A DNA stretch of 9,657 nucleotides from Zygophlyctis sp. KS116 (GCA_054661495.1 BAAFSQ010000345.1:1-9657), one strand, 5' to 3'; shown: positions 1-8,273, counted from the first letter of the stretch. A program made the numbers and translations. The notes: generated by a model not told the origin, from the letters alone.

Positions 1-37
1 GAGTAAAGATTTTCAAACTTTCTAAATTACAAATTTG

Positions 38-1139
38 ATGGGAGTCCCTGCTGGTATCATTTGTCATGGAGGAGCTGGCTATCATTCAAAGGAAAACGAA
101 AACAAATTCAATCGGTTAATGAAACAGGCTTGTGATGCAGCGCTAGAATCCCATATTAATACTCTTGAAGATAGTTTATCTGCAGCATTATCTATATTGG
201 AGCGATCACCCTTGACAAATTGTGGTGCTGTCGGGGGGAACTTGGATAGGAATGGAAATGTTACAGCAGATGTTGGAATCATGAAGGGGGATTTATCGTA
301 TGGTGCAGTTGGTGCATTACCTTGTATTGTTAAATCAGATACATGCAATATTATTTATGAGCCGCATTTGCTTGCATTAGACTTGTTATCAAAAGAAACT
401 GATAAAAATGATCATTTGGGACGCATTCCTCCCATGCTTCTTGTTGGGTTAGATGCGTATCAAAGATGTACTGAACTCGGGATTGTAAAAAAAGGAGGAG
501 ATCCAATCACAAAAGAAACAAGATTAAAATGGCTAAAACATTGTTCTTGGATGGATAAACTGATGGATACAGTGGGAGTAATAGTATTTGATGATCAAGG
601 AACGGTGTTATCAGGAGTAAGCTCATCAGGAATGTCTATTAAAGAGCCTGGAAGAGTAGGAGAAGCTGCAATATTTGGGGCAGGCCTCTGGGCACAAAAT
701 GCAACCACAAAACTTCCCGGAATGGGATTAAGTGCAAGTGGCCAAGGAGAACAATTAATTCGAACTGCTTTAGGAAGATCTGCATGGATGAGACTTGGAA
801 CTTTAGGACAAGACATTCAAACGCAGGTTGAAAATTTAGTAACTTGTGATTTTCTTGAATCTCCTATATTATGGTCGTATAGTCCTCAACACCGTGACAT
901 GGGAATGATTCTCTATCATTTAGAAGAACCAAATGATTGCAACTTTGGAGAATTCTGGTATGCGGTAAAAGTTACTTTTTAACATGTATAGCATACTACA
1001 GAAAGTTTTTCAATTGTAAAGATTAAGTCACTAACTCTAGGGATGGAAAATACGGGGAAAATCCTCAAAGTCTCTAGTATCCAGAAAAACTACAAAATCT
1101 CCAAATTTCAAAATTGTAGGAATTCCTCTTAAACGCTAA
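38..1139 (+). CDS. TASP1: Threonine aspartase 1 (Taspase1), type-2 asparaginase/Ntn-hydrolase family; exons 38-964, 992-1015, 1041-1139 (~349 aa)
   Basis: HGGAG N-terminal motif, PLTNCG, GAVGAL, GRIPPMLLVG, D|TVG autocleavage site with Thr nucleophile, PGRVGEAAIFGAGLWA, SGQGEQLIRT. Removing two short GT-AG introns restores the Taspase C-terminal motif FWYA-HTTESFSI-GW and gives a TAA at 1137-1139. ATG at 38 (ORF track starts at TTG 35). Confidence 0.9.
965..991 (+). other. 27-nt spliceosomal intron (TASP1 intron 1)
   Basis: gtaaaagttactttttaacatgtatag; contains the in-frame TAA that ends the tracked ORF; removal gives WYA|HTTES. Confidence 0.85.
1016..1040 (+). other. 25-nt spliceosomal intron (TASP1 intron 2)
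   Basis: gtaaagattaagtcactaactctag; canonical CTAAC branch site immediately before the 3' splice site; removal gives FSI|GW. Confidence 0.85.
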
Positions 1140-1239
1140 ATTAGATTACAATATAATTTTTGTAGTTTGGAATGAAATCTCAAGAGTACATGAAAAGTGT
1201 GTAAAATCATCTTATTTAATTTATTAATATTAAAAGAGT

Positions 1240-2008
1240 TTATAGACTTAGAGTACTACTCACAGAAGTAGGAGACTTTTTCGACAACTTAAACACCTAA
1301 AATATAAATCTAATTTCAAGAAAATACCTTTGATAAACTTCCCCTTATAGCTTCTAGTCTTGGAGAAGTCTCTGATTTTTCAGAAGATGTAGAATCTGAT
1401 CTGATCCTAAAACCTTCCTTTACAGAATCATTTGAAGTTGGAGGAGGAGACCCTCTTTTACTAAATAAAGCCCTGGCAGCCTCTCCCATATTCTTCCATG
1501 ACCCTGTACTCTTCTTTTTATAGTTATCAACTAAAAATTGTAATTGTACAGAGTTAAACGCTCCTCTTCTCCTCTTTCTTACATAATCTACAGCATCCAG
1601 AGGAGTTAAACCAGCTTCTATTAAAGCTACAGCAACTAATACTGGAGCTCTTCCTAATCCTGCAACACAATGTACTGCAATCATATTTCCAGTTGGATCA
1701 TTAGTTTCTCTAGCAAAATTCCCAAATCTTTCTCTACATAATTTCAAAAAAGACTCCAAAATTTCGTCTGGAGGAATTCCTCCGTCCTTGAAAAAAAAAT
1801 CATGAACGTTGATTCCATGTTGTGAAAAATAGTTTTTATCATAGGTTGGTTGACAGACTCTGACAACATCAAATACATTTCTTGCTTGAAATTCAGTTAA
1901 ATAATTGGGTAAATTGTCTTGACTTGGACAATCAAGGATTAAAAATCGTAGGTTTCCATATTCAACAATTGAGAATATTCGAGCGAGCTTCACTTTTTCC
2001 AAAGACAT
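1240..2008 (-). CDS. PTP4A: PRL/PTP4A-type protein tyrosine phosphatase; exons 2008-1328, 1296-1240 (~245 aa; unspliced frame ends at 1316)
   Basis: PRL-diagnostic P-loop VHCVAGLGRAP, RFLILDCP, VVRVCQPTY (disulfide Cys), FKDGGIPP (WPD-loop equivalent), RKRRRGAFN. Last exon inferred from a 31-nt GT-AG intron. Confidence 0.92.
1297..1327 (-). other. 31-nt putative intron (PRL, last intron)
   Basis: gtattttcttgaaattagatttatattttag with AAG|GT donor; contains the TGA ending the tracked ORF; removal extends ...LSK|VFKLSKKSPTSVSSTLSL*. No conserved motif available to confirm it. Confidence 0.65.
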
Positions 2009-2009
2009 T

Positions 2010-2018
2010 TTATCCCAT
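2010..2018 (-). promoter_or_regulatory. Minimal upstream ORF ATG-GGA-TAA ending 1 nt before the PRL start codon
   Basis: Minus strand reads tc ATG GGA TAA a ATG TCT; function is inferred and depends on the TSS lying upstream of 2018. Confidence 0.4.
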
Positions 2019-2067
2019 GAGATTTTATTTTTTTTTCAGGAAATTTAACGCGAAACTTTATCAGTCT

Positions 2068-2107
2068 GTGTCAATCAGTGTCAATCAGTGTCAATCAGTG
2101 TCAATCC
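2068..2107. repeat. 10-nt tandem repeat (GTGTCAATCA)x4, last copy with one mismatch
   Basis: gtgtcaatca gtgtcaatca gtgtcaatca gtgtcaatcc in the 113-nt gap between the RING stop (2122) and the PRL ATG (2008). Confidence 0.95.
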
Positions 2108-2121
2108 AGGGAGATTACAAA

Positions 2122-3403
2122 TTACTCGGATGACTTTAATACATCCTGCTTACAAACTGGACATAGTCTATTGTGCTCCAAAAGCCATTCATCAATACTA
2201 ATCATAAATTAAAATTACTAATTACCATGCACAATGATAAATATGTCCGCATGGTAAATCACGAACAGTATCATCCGCAGTGAAATCTTCTATACAAATA
2301 GCACAGCAAGAATTATTATACAGTTTTTTACAATTTGATTTTTCACAATTGCAATTTGAAGAGTTCATGCAAGAAATATCATGAATTGTTAAAATACGTT
2401 TAGGAAATGGTATATAAATCAGTTTAGCTGCAGGATAAGATGCTCCTTCGTCTAATAAGAATTCTGAACAATATTGAATAGTTTCAAGTAGTTGTAATTC
2501 TCTTTTAGTGATTAGATTGCATAGTAAAATTGATATAAAACAGATTAGTAAAAATGAAATTGAGAATTTCCAAAGATTAATTGAAAATTGAACAAATTCA
2601 AATGCAGAGGAGCTTATTGTGGTTTTAGCAGGGATGAAGTACCAATCATGAGGAGTTATAATCACATTTCGATTAAGAAATGATTTTAACCGTAATTGAG
2701 AAGCAAATGTCAAATACATGCAAGTAATGTTGATTTTGAGACCTATAAATGAAGACATTCTAATTGGTAGATCTTGGGTTGGTGAATTTAATGAATTATA
2801 AATAATAGCTCCTGAGAATCCTGATTCTTGAATATAATATGCTTTTCGTTCAAAAGGACATCCACCTCTTGGTACTAATGCAAATGTTTCATTACGATTC
2901 TTCAAGTATAAACCTAGGCTAGAGTCTATAGGACTACAGAAATCTGTAATTTCACTATCAATATGAACAATATTGGTGGTGATTGGTTCAAAAATGACTT
3001 TACCAAATAATGCAGGTGTTCCATCGGCTAGATATACAGTAGGGGTGACATTTTTAGATGTGATTTGATATAGTAATGTAGGACTTAGAATTTCACTTCC
3101 AAAGTTATTCGAGATTCTCTTGATGATTAATTGAATAAAAATGAGAATGATATATGACAACCAAAGCCGATTAGTGAATACAATGATTGATTTTAATCCC
3201 TTTTTAATAATATTCAAGGATCTGAAGAATGGAGAGGATTGACTTTCATCATACAAAGGTTGAAAGGCAATTATAGATTCTGATCCTTCTTGCGCAGGGA
3301 TTGGAATGCGTAAGGTTGCATCATCTTGTTCATCTTGAATAGTAGATGCTTCATCTGCATTGTAATGATTGATATTTAACAAATCATCTTGAGAGCTTGC
3401 CAT
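2122..3403 (-). CDS. PA-domain/TM/RING-H2 E3 ubiquitin ligase (RNF13/RNF167/RMR-like); exons 3403-2226, 2197-2122 (~417 aa)
   Basis: Hydrophobic segment LWLSYIILIFIQLII, PA motif FALVPRGGCPFERKA..Q..GFSGAIIYN, second TM, RING-H2 CAICIEDF...LPCGHIYHCAC|IDEWLLEHNRLCPVCK completed by removing a 28-nt intron. Confidence 0.9.
2198..2225 (-). other. 28-nt spliceosomal intron (PA-RING 1)
   Basis: gtaattagtaattttaatttatgattag; splits the Cys codon of a RING zinc ligand; removal restores CIDEWL...CPVC. Confidence 0.92.
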
Positions 3404-3525
3404 AATTAAATTACTTTCCCACTCGTAGAATATTGGATGTCGTCACGCAACGTATGACGTCTGCACTAGTTCATAAATCATTAAATATTTATTTTCAAGA
3501 TATTTACAAGATCTACTGCTTAATG

Positions 3526-4458
3526 TTAATCAGAAGAGCTATTTTCATACACAGATTGCCCTTTGGTTTTAGCTCTTCTTTCCCATTCCTCATCAGAAGG
3601 AATCCATCCGATAGCTCTAAACCAATCAAAAAGGACTGCAGTCTTGTTAACATCAATTCGAAACCATGATTTAGCATCTCTTTTCTTAAATGGTCCTCTG
3701 ACTTCTGCTGCAGATAGAATAGTCTGCTTGATATGTAAATATTGATCTGGTAAAACTCGTAGAGTTGAACATGTACGAATTTCTTCAGAAGTTAACTGAT
3801 CATAAAATTCAACTGTAGTAGGGATAGTTAAACAGCTACCTAGTGATATTATTTTATGAAAAGCACCTTTTTTCCAGATTACATGAGGAGCACCTTGTGT
3901 ATTTTGATACAATGAATTATCATAATCACTAGTAGAAACTGGCGACACTAGAGGCTTGCATCGATCACTGGTAGTTTTTGGAATCACTTCTTCCTCGTAA
4001 ATTGTATCAATAGACTGAGAATGAACGAGAGATGGCAGTGTCTGAATCGCGTTACTAGTACAACTTTGGACAGAAATCACTGAATTCACCTTTTTAGAGA
4101 CAATTCTTGATCCAATTAAAGAATTAGGATCCACTAAATATAGATGATAGACATCAAGTCTAATTACTGAACCAAGGGACTTTGCCAAAGTATAATCGTG
4201 TTTTACTATTGTTTGTGGAATTGCTTTTATAGGAACTAGAGATTTTCTTCGTTTCTTAGCCAGATGATGTGTACTCAAGTCTAATTTGACTTAGTAATTG
4301 AGACAAGATTACCTTGATCTTTTGGAGACGTTGGTGGAAATACTGTTGGTGAAGGCGATGGCGAGGGATACATTTTCCCAAAATCACCAGATAAAGATTT
4401 ATCTATTATAAGACTGATCTTTTTTACCATTTAAAATTGTTGCAGTGAGATTAGACAT
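3526..4458 (-). CDS. SWIRM-domain protein (fungal Fun19/YOR338W/Laf1-like); exons 4458-4428, 4402-4313, 4280-3867, 3839-3526 (~282 aa)
   Basis: C-terminal SWIRM: LTSEEIRTCSTLRVLPDQYLHIKQTIL...FKKRDAKSWFRIDVNKTAVLFDWFRAIGWI; N-terminal YPSPSPSP. 5' exons joined in frame by 25- and 32-nt introns. Confidence 0.85.
3840..3866 (-). other. 27-nt putative in-frame, stop-free intron (SWIRM intron 3)
   Basis: AAG|gtgcttttcataaaataatatcactag|GT; removal gives WKKGSCL, similar to the W-K-G-x-x-L motif preceding fungal SWIRM domains. Confidence 0.6.
4281..4312 (-). other. 32-nt spliceosomal intron (SWIRM intron 2)
   Basis: gtaatcttgtctcaattactaagtcaaattag with CTAAG branch-like motif; joins KDQ-D-LSTHH in frame. 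Confidence 0.78.
4403..4427 (-). other. 25-nt putative intron (SWIRM intron 1)
   Basis: gtaaaaaagatcagtcttataatag; joins ATG 4458 exon in frame to DKSLSGDFGKMYPSP (an internal ATG at 4373 is an alternative start). Confidence 0.65.
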
Positions 4459-4665
4459 ATATATTTTAAAAAGATTAAAGGATGTGAATCTCCGATAACA
4501 CAACTCAATATTAAATGCGTGATCTCCGGTCCCGCCGCAACATTAAGAGAGTGCTTTGTCATTGCTTAAGAAGCCCAGGGTTTACATAACAGTAGGATCT
4601 GCGTCTGAATTTCCCCTGATTTACCCATGGTTGACCTACTGATTCCCTGATTTCCGAACTTTTTA
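4459..4665. promoter_or_regulatory. Divergent (bidirectional) promoter region between the SWIRM gene and SPC24
   Basis: 207 nt between head-to-head ATGs; locally GC/CpG-enriched (tccggtcccgccgc); two CCCTGATTT copies near the SPC24 ATG. Confidence 0.6.
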
Positions 4666-5309
4666 ATGATTTCTTCCGAACTCAACGTTCCATCCGCTAT
4701 CGATGAGCCTAGAGCCCTTGCTGCTTCATTAATTGAATCATTAAACAGTAGCTCTGATGTCCAATCAATACAAAAATTAAAAGAATTACTTGATCATGGA
4801 CACGCACAAAGAAATCATATATTAACAGAATTAAATTATTCTTGTCAAGGTATGCTCATCTATTCTAAGCTTTTTAGATCTATCTACTAAACTATCTAAT
4901 GCAGTGAGTACTCTTGATATATCGACGCGCTCCCTAGAGAAGACCATGTACATTTCAGAGTCTCAAGAATTATTGACTCAACAGTCTGAATTAAATGAAA
5001 CTCTAACATCTACTAAAGATTCTATTAATGGATTAACTTTCGAAATTGATAAAACATTACGAGAAATTAATGCCATTGAAAAACTCTCAAGATTAGAAAT
5101 GGAAGCTCCTCCAGACTCTGAAATGTAATTATTTATACGTTTACTCTAGCGTGAAATTATCAATCTATCGATCATTGGGAATAGATTTATTAGAAAAAGA
5201 TGGGAATTTTTATGGTGCTCAAGTTAGATCAAAAGATCAGAATGATATTCATACGATTGAATTTAAAGATTGTAAAGATTGTAATTTGTTGTGGAAACTT
5301 TGTCTTTAA
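4666..5309 (+). CDS. SPC24: Ndc80-complex kinetochore subunit Spc24; exons 4666-4849, 4878-5124, 5150-5309 (~196 aa)
   Basis: Coiled-coil N-terminal two thirds, then the Spc24 globular domain VKLSIYRSLGIDL...VRSKDQNDIHTIEF...NLLWKLCL*; the last exon is absent from the ORF track; size is typical. Confidence 0.8.
4850..4877 (+). other. 28-nt spliceosomal intron (SPC24 intron 1)
   Basis: AAG|gtatgctcatctattctaagctttttag; joins tracked ORFs 4666.. and 4904.. in frame. Confidence 0.85.
5125..5149 (+). other. 25-nt spliceosomal intron (SPC24 intron 2)
   Basis: gtaattatttatacgtttactctag; removal leads in frame into KLSIYRSLGI. Confidence 0.87.
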
Positions 5310-5336
5310 AAAACCCGTTTTTTTCAAAGTTTTCAA

Positions 5337-6885
5337 ATGATTGATGATCCATTAGCGTCCAGCGAACAAGATGCTCAAGGTTTTGGAAGTCTGGATGAAA
5401 TGGCACAAGTTGCCATGGACTCTGATGATGACGGTTCTTCAAATGAAAGAGCATTGGAAATTTCTGAAGAGACGGCTGAAGCTCCACCGCCAAAAACTTC
5501 GGCTTGTTGTGAATTCGATAAAGTCTTGCCGACACTTGATTATACAGTATTTTTACCAAACTCAAGTATCGCTGATGGATTAACGAATGCGGCAATTACA
5601 ATACAAGAGGTAATTACGATTATTTAATAGATTAGGCGTCAAAATGCTATGAAGGCACAGGAACTTCATTTATTTCTTATACTATACATACAGATATACA
5701 AAATCTAGGAATTCATTTCGAGGCAAAACGGAGATACTCTGAATTTGAAGGATTTAGAAAATTACTGACAAAAATGTATCCGTATGCTATAGTACCTCCA
5801 ATTCCTGAAAAGCATTCTGTAAAAGATTATGCATCAAAGCCAGGAAAGGCAAAGGAAAATCCAGAAATTATTGATAAAAGAAAGAGAATGCTAGAGTCGT
5901 TTTTGAATAGAGTCGCGGTACATCCAATACTCTCTGGACTACATATTTTTCATCAATTTATAAAAGGAGAAGGAACATGGACTGATATACTAGTATTGTC
6001 TGGTCTTAGTTTTCATTTAAAAAAGAAGAATCCAGTAAAGGTTGGGGAAAGAAGTACAATAAAGAATCCAGGTACGAAATTAGAATTTAGGTTTTAGATC
6101 CTCAAACAGTACAACAAGAAGATTATACAAATAGATTTTCAGCACAAATTACTTTTATAAGAAAAAATTTCAAGATTATTTCACAGAATTTGGATGAAGT
6201 ATTATCAGTCTCATCGGATTTAGGAACTTTATATAATGGATGGTCTTTAAATGAAGATAAATTAGCTAAAACTATTGAATATATTGGAGAGGCAATTGAC
6301 GTTACAAGTGAAGCAATTAAATCTCTTTCTGTTTCTAATCAGGAATCTTTAGGAAAGCTTTTAAAACAGTATGAGCAATACTCTCTAGGGATTGAAAAGG
6401 TTTTAAAAGTAAGACGTAAAAAGTATGTAGAATTTGAAATACTTTCAGAAGCTTTAATCAATAAACAAACTACTCTTGGTAAATTGGAGTCATCAGAACA
6501 TGAATCTCAAAGGATTAGTGCAGTTATAAGCTCTGAAGGTGCATCCGGTGGTTACGTTCCTCCAGCCGGTGCTCCGCGTTCATCTGGTATTCTAGCTACA
6601 ATTAATTCTCTAATTGATAATGATCCGGAGTCTTCTCGAAGGCGAAATATTTCCAAGACAAAGGATCGAATTACATCTATTGAAGAACAAAAGGAAGCCA
6701 TGAATTTGGAATTAATATCAGCAGCAGAATTTATAAAGAAGGAATTAGAAAACTTTCAAAGACAAAAGATTAGAGATTCAAGAAATGCCTTTTTATCTTT
6801 TGCCATTGGACAAAGGAATTATCATCAAAAAGCACTGGGAGCATGGAAAGAAGCTCGGACAATTATTAACAAGGAGTCTATCTGA
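5337..6885 (+). CDS. SNX41: PX-BAR sorting nexin of the Snx41/Atg20 (Snx4 family) group; exons 5337-5609, 5636-6071, 6098-6885 (~498 aa)
   Basis: PX: FISYTI...KRRYSEFEGFRKLLTKMYPYAIVPPIPEKHS...IIDKRKRMLESFLNRVAVHPIL; BAR: LGTLYNGWSLNE, INSLIDNDPESSRRRNISKTKDRI (Snx41/Atg20-type), W near C-terminus. Confidence 0.88.
5610..5635 (+). other. 26-nt spliceosomal intron (SNX intron 1)
   Basis: GAG|gtaattacgattatttaatagattag; gives ITIQE|ASKCYEG..SFISYTI (PX beta strands); the AG at 5629-5630 would be out of frame. Confidence 0.87.
6072..6097 (+). other. 26-nt spliceosomal intron (SNX intron 2)
   Basis: CAG|gtacgaaattagaatttaggttttag; gives IKNP-D-PQ and fuses the PX and BAR ORFs in frame. Confidence 0.88.
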
Positions 6886-6906
6886 AGCTTTTTTAATATT
6901 TTTGGA

Positions 6907-7711
6907 ATGAACTTTACATGGATGATTTTCTTTATTCCATTTTCTCATTCTTCTATTTACATTTCAGTACACAGTGAATATATTTCCGTAAGATTAAATT
7001 TTATTTTATATTGAGGATATCAGTTTATCTTTTGGACCGCCTGTACCATCAGAAGGAATAGATGGAACATTGATCAGATTAAAAGACAATGCATTAGGCT
7101 GTAATGTTTCTACATTCGGACCTAGATCGATCCCATTACTAGAAAGAGGAGGATGTAATATTCTAGATAAAGTCTTGATGATGCAAAAATCAGGAGCATT
7201 AGCAGTAATCATTGGAAATTACATTGAAAACTCAAATTGGAATATTATAAATCTTCAACATGAAGATGTTAATGTCCGGATTCCAGCACTTTTAATTACC
7301 AGATTAGATTTCTTTGCCTTGACTAAATTATTACAAGATGAAAACAATATCATCTCTATTAGAATAGTCAAGGAAGACGGGGATGATTCCTTTTTAAACA
7401 TTTTCCTCGTAGCATTTGTATGGCCTTGTGTAATGTTGGGAATATTTTATCTTGCAATCTACATTCATCGTGCACTCTTGCATTGTCAAAAATCTCATGA
7501 ATCTCAACATGCAATCTCAATTATTCCAATCAGATCATTTCAATCTACTGAATCAGAAGATTCACGGTGTTGTATTTGTCTAGAGGTCTATAAAAATGGA
7601 GACTCAGTAAAATATACAAAATGTAATCATTTATTTCATCCAGAATGTATTGATGAATGGTTATATTATGCATGTGTCTGCCCATTATGTAAAACTCAAC
7701 TTTCAGATTAA
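6907..7711 (+). CDS. Second PA-domain/TM/RING-H2 E3 ligase with signal peptide; exons 6907-6987, 7016-7711 (~258 aa)
   Basis: MNFTWMIFFIPFSHS signal-like N-terminus, SFGP, LLERGGCNILDKVLMMQKSGALAVIIGN (PA), TM segment, complete RING-H2 CCICLE...CNHLFHPECIDEWL...CPLC. Confidence 0.88.
6988..7015 (+). other. 28-nt intron with unusual GAG acceptor (PA-RING 2)
   Basis: gtaagattaaattttattttatattgag; the only nearby acceptor that keeps frame between the signal-peptide exon and DISLSFGP. Confidence 0.7.
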
Positions 7712-7761
7712 ACCGAATTCAACCATCGCCTGGGCCTAAAGTTGAAGTAAATTTTATTCGA

Positions 7762-8265
7762 ATGGCAATGGATGATTATGACTCTGATGAAGCTCCAGAA
7801 GACATTTCCAATCAAATTCAAAAAGAAAAAGTACTATGTAGGACTAATGCTATTCAGAAAGTCATAAAATTGTAATTTTGTTTTTTTTTAAAATCTAGAA
7901 ATCAGAAATCTATAAAGGAAAAGAGAAGATTGAAGAATGATCGTCTAGTTTCACAAAAGAAAAAAGTACAAGAGAGTCTAAAGTTTACCGATGAAATGAT
8001 TCAAGCCGCAAGAGATTTTGAATTGAATCATTCTAAACCTGAAACAGGATCTCATATTAGACTAAATGATCAACCAGATGCATACTCTAAAAAAGTCTCT
8101 AAATTTCAGTTTGGGAATATTAGAATTCTACCATTGACTAGAAAAATCTCAAGACCAATTTCATCAGCCATAAAGGAATTTCAGGAATCTACATTTTCCA
8201 AATCTAAAAGATCTTTTTCAATAGGAATAACTAGGATTGGACCATCACCAATATTCAAGAGATAA
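7762..8265 (+). CDS. Probable U3 snoRNA-associated / SSU processome protein (Bud21/Utp16/NOL7-like); exons 7762-7871, 7899-8265 (~158 aa)
   Basis: N-terminal DSDEAPEDIS motif followed by a basic coiled coil (KEKRRLKNDRLVSQKKK), basic C-terminus; a 27-nt intron joins the exons. Confidence 0.6.
7872..7898 (+). other. 27-nt spliceosomal intron (Bud21-like gene)
   Basis: gtaattttgtttttttttaaaatctag; contains an in-frame TAA; flanking exons are in the same frame. Confidence 0.82.
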
Positions 8266-8273
8266 AATCATGA

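Noticed and set aside
82-816. Antisense ORFs 82-348 and 595-816
   Set aside because: Shadows of the Taspase1 CDS with no recognisable motifs
2068-2107. Possible CRISPR or telomeric array
   Set aside because: No spacers, unit only 10 nt, eukaryotic intergenic context, not a G-rich telomere unit
1882-2133. Plus-strand 83-aa ORF with QSVSISVNQCQSVSI repeats
   Set aside because: Antisense to PRL, non-ATG start, and its repeat merely translates the 10-nt non-coding minisatellite
3433-3745. Plus-strand ORFs 3433-3669 and 3563-3745
   Set aside because: Antisense to the SWIRM domain, non-ATG starts, no motifs
4134-4167. GTAATT...TTTAG intron-like 34-mer inside the SWIRM ORF (minus strand)
   Set aside because: Removal would shift the frame; the ORF is open and reads plausibly through it
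4573-4583. CCTGGGC shared with 7729-7735, and AAACCCT (plant site II / telo-box-like)
   Set aside because: Only two short matches and no basis for the plant factors in this lineage; cannot be told apart from chance
5264-5284. TAAAGATTG duplication with donor-like GTAAAG/GTAATT, suggesting an SPC24-SNX splice fusion
   Set aside because: The unspliced frame gives the expected Spc24 ending (NLLW) and there is no TAG acceptor at 25-32 nt
5263-5595. ORFs 5263-5595 (-) and 5371-5583 (+)
   Set aside because: Antisense or alternate-frame overlaps of the sorting nexin first exon
7006-7212. Minus-strand 68-aa ORF
   Set aside because: Antisense shadow of the PA domain
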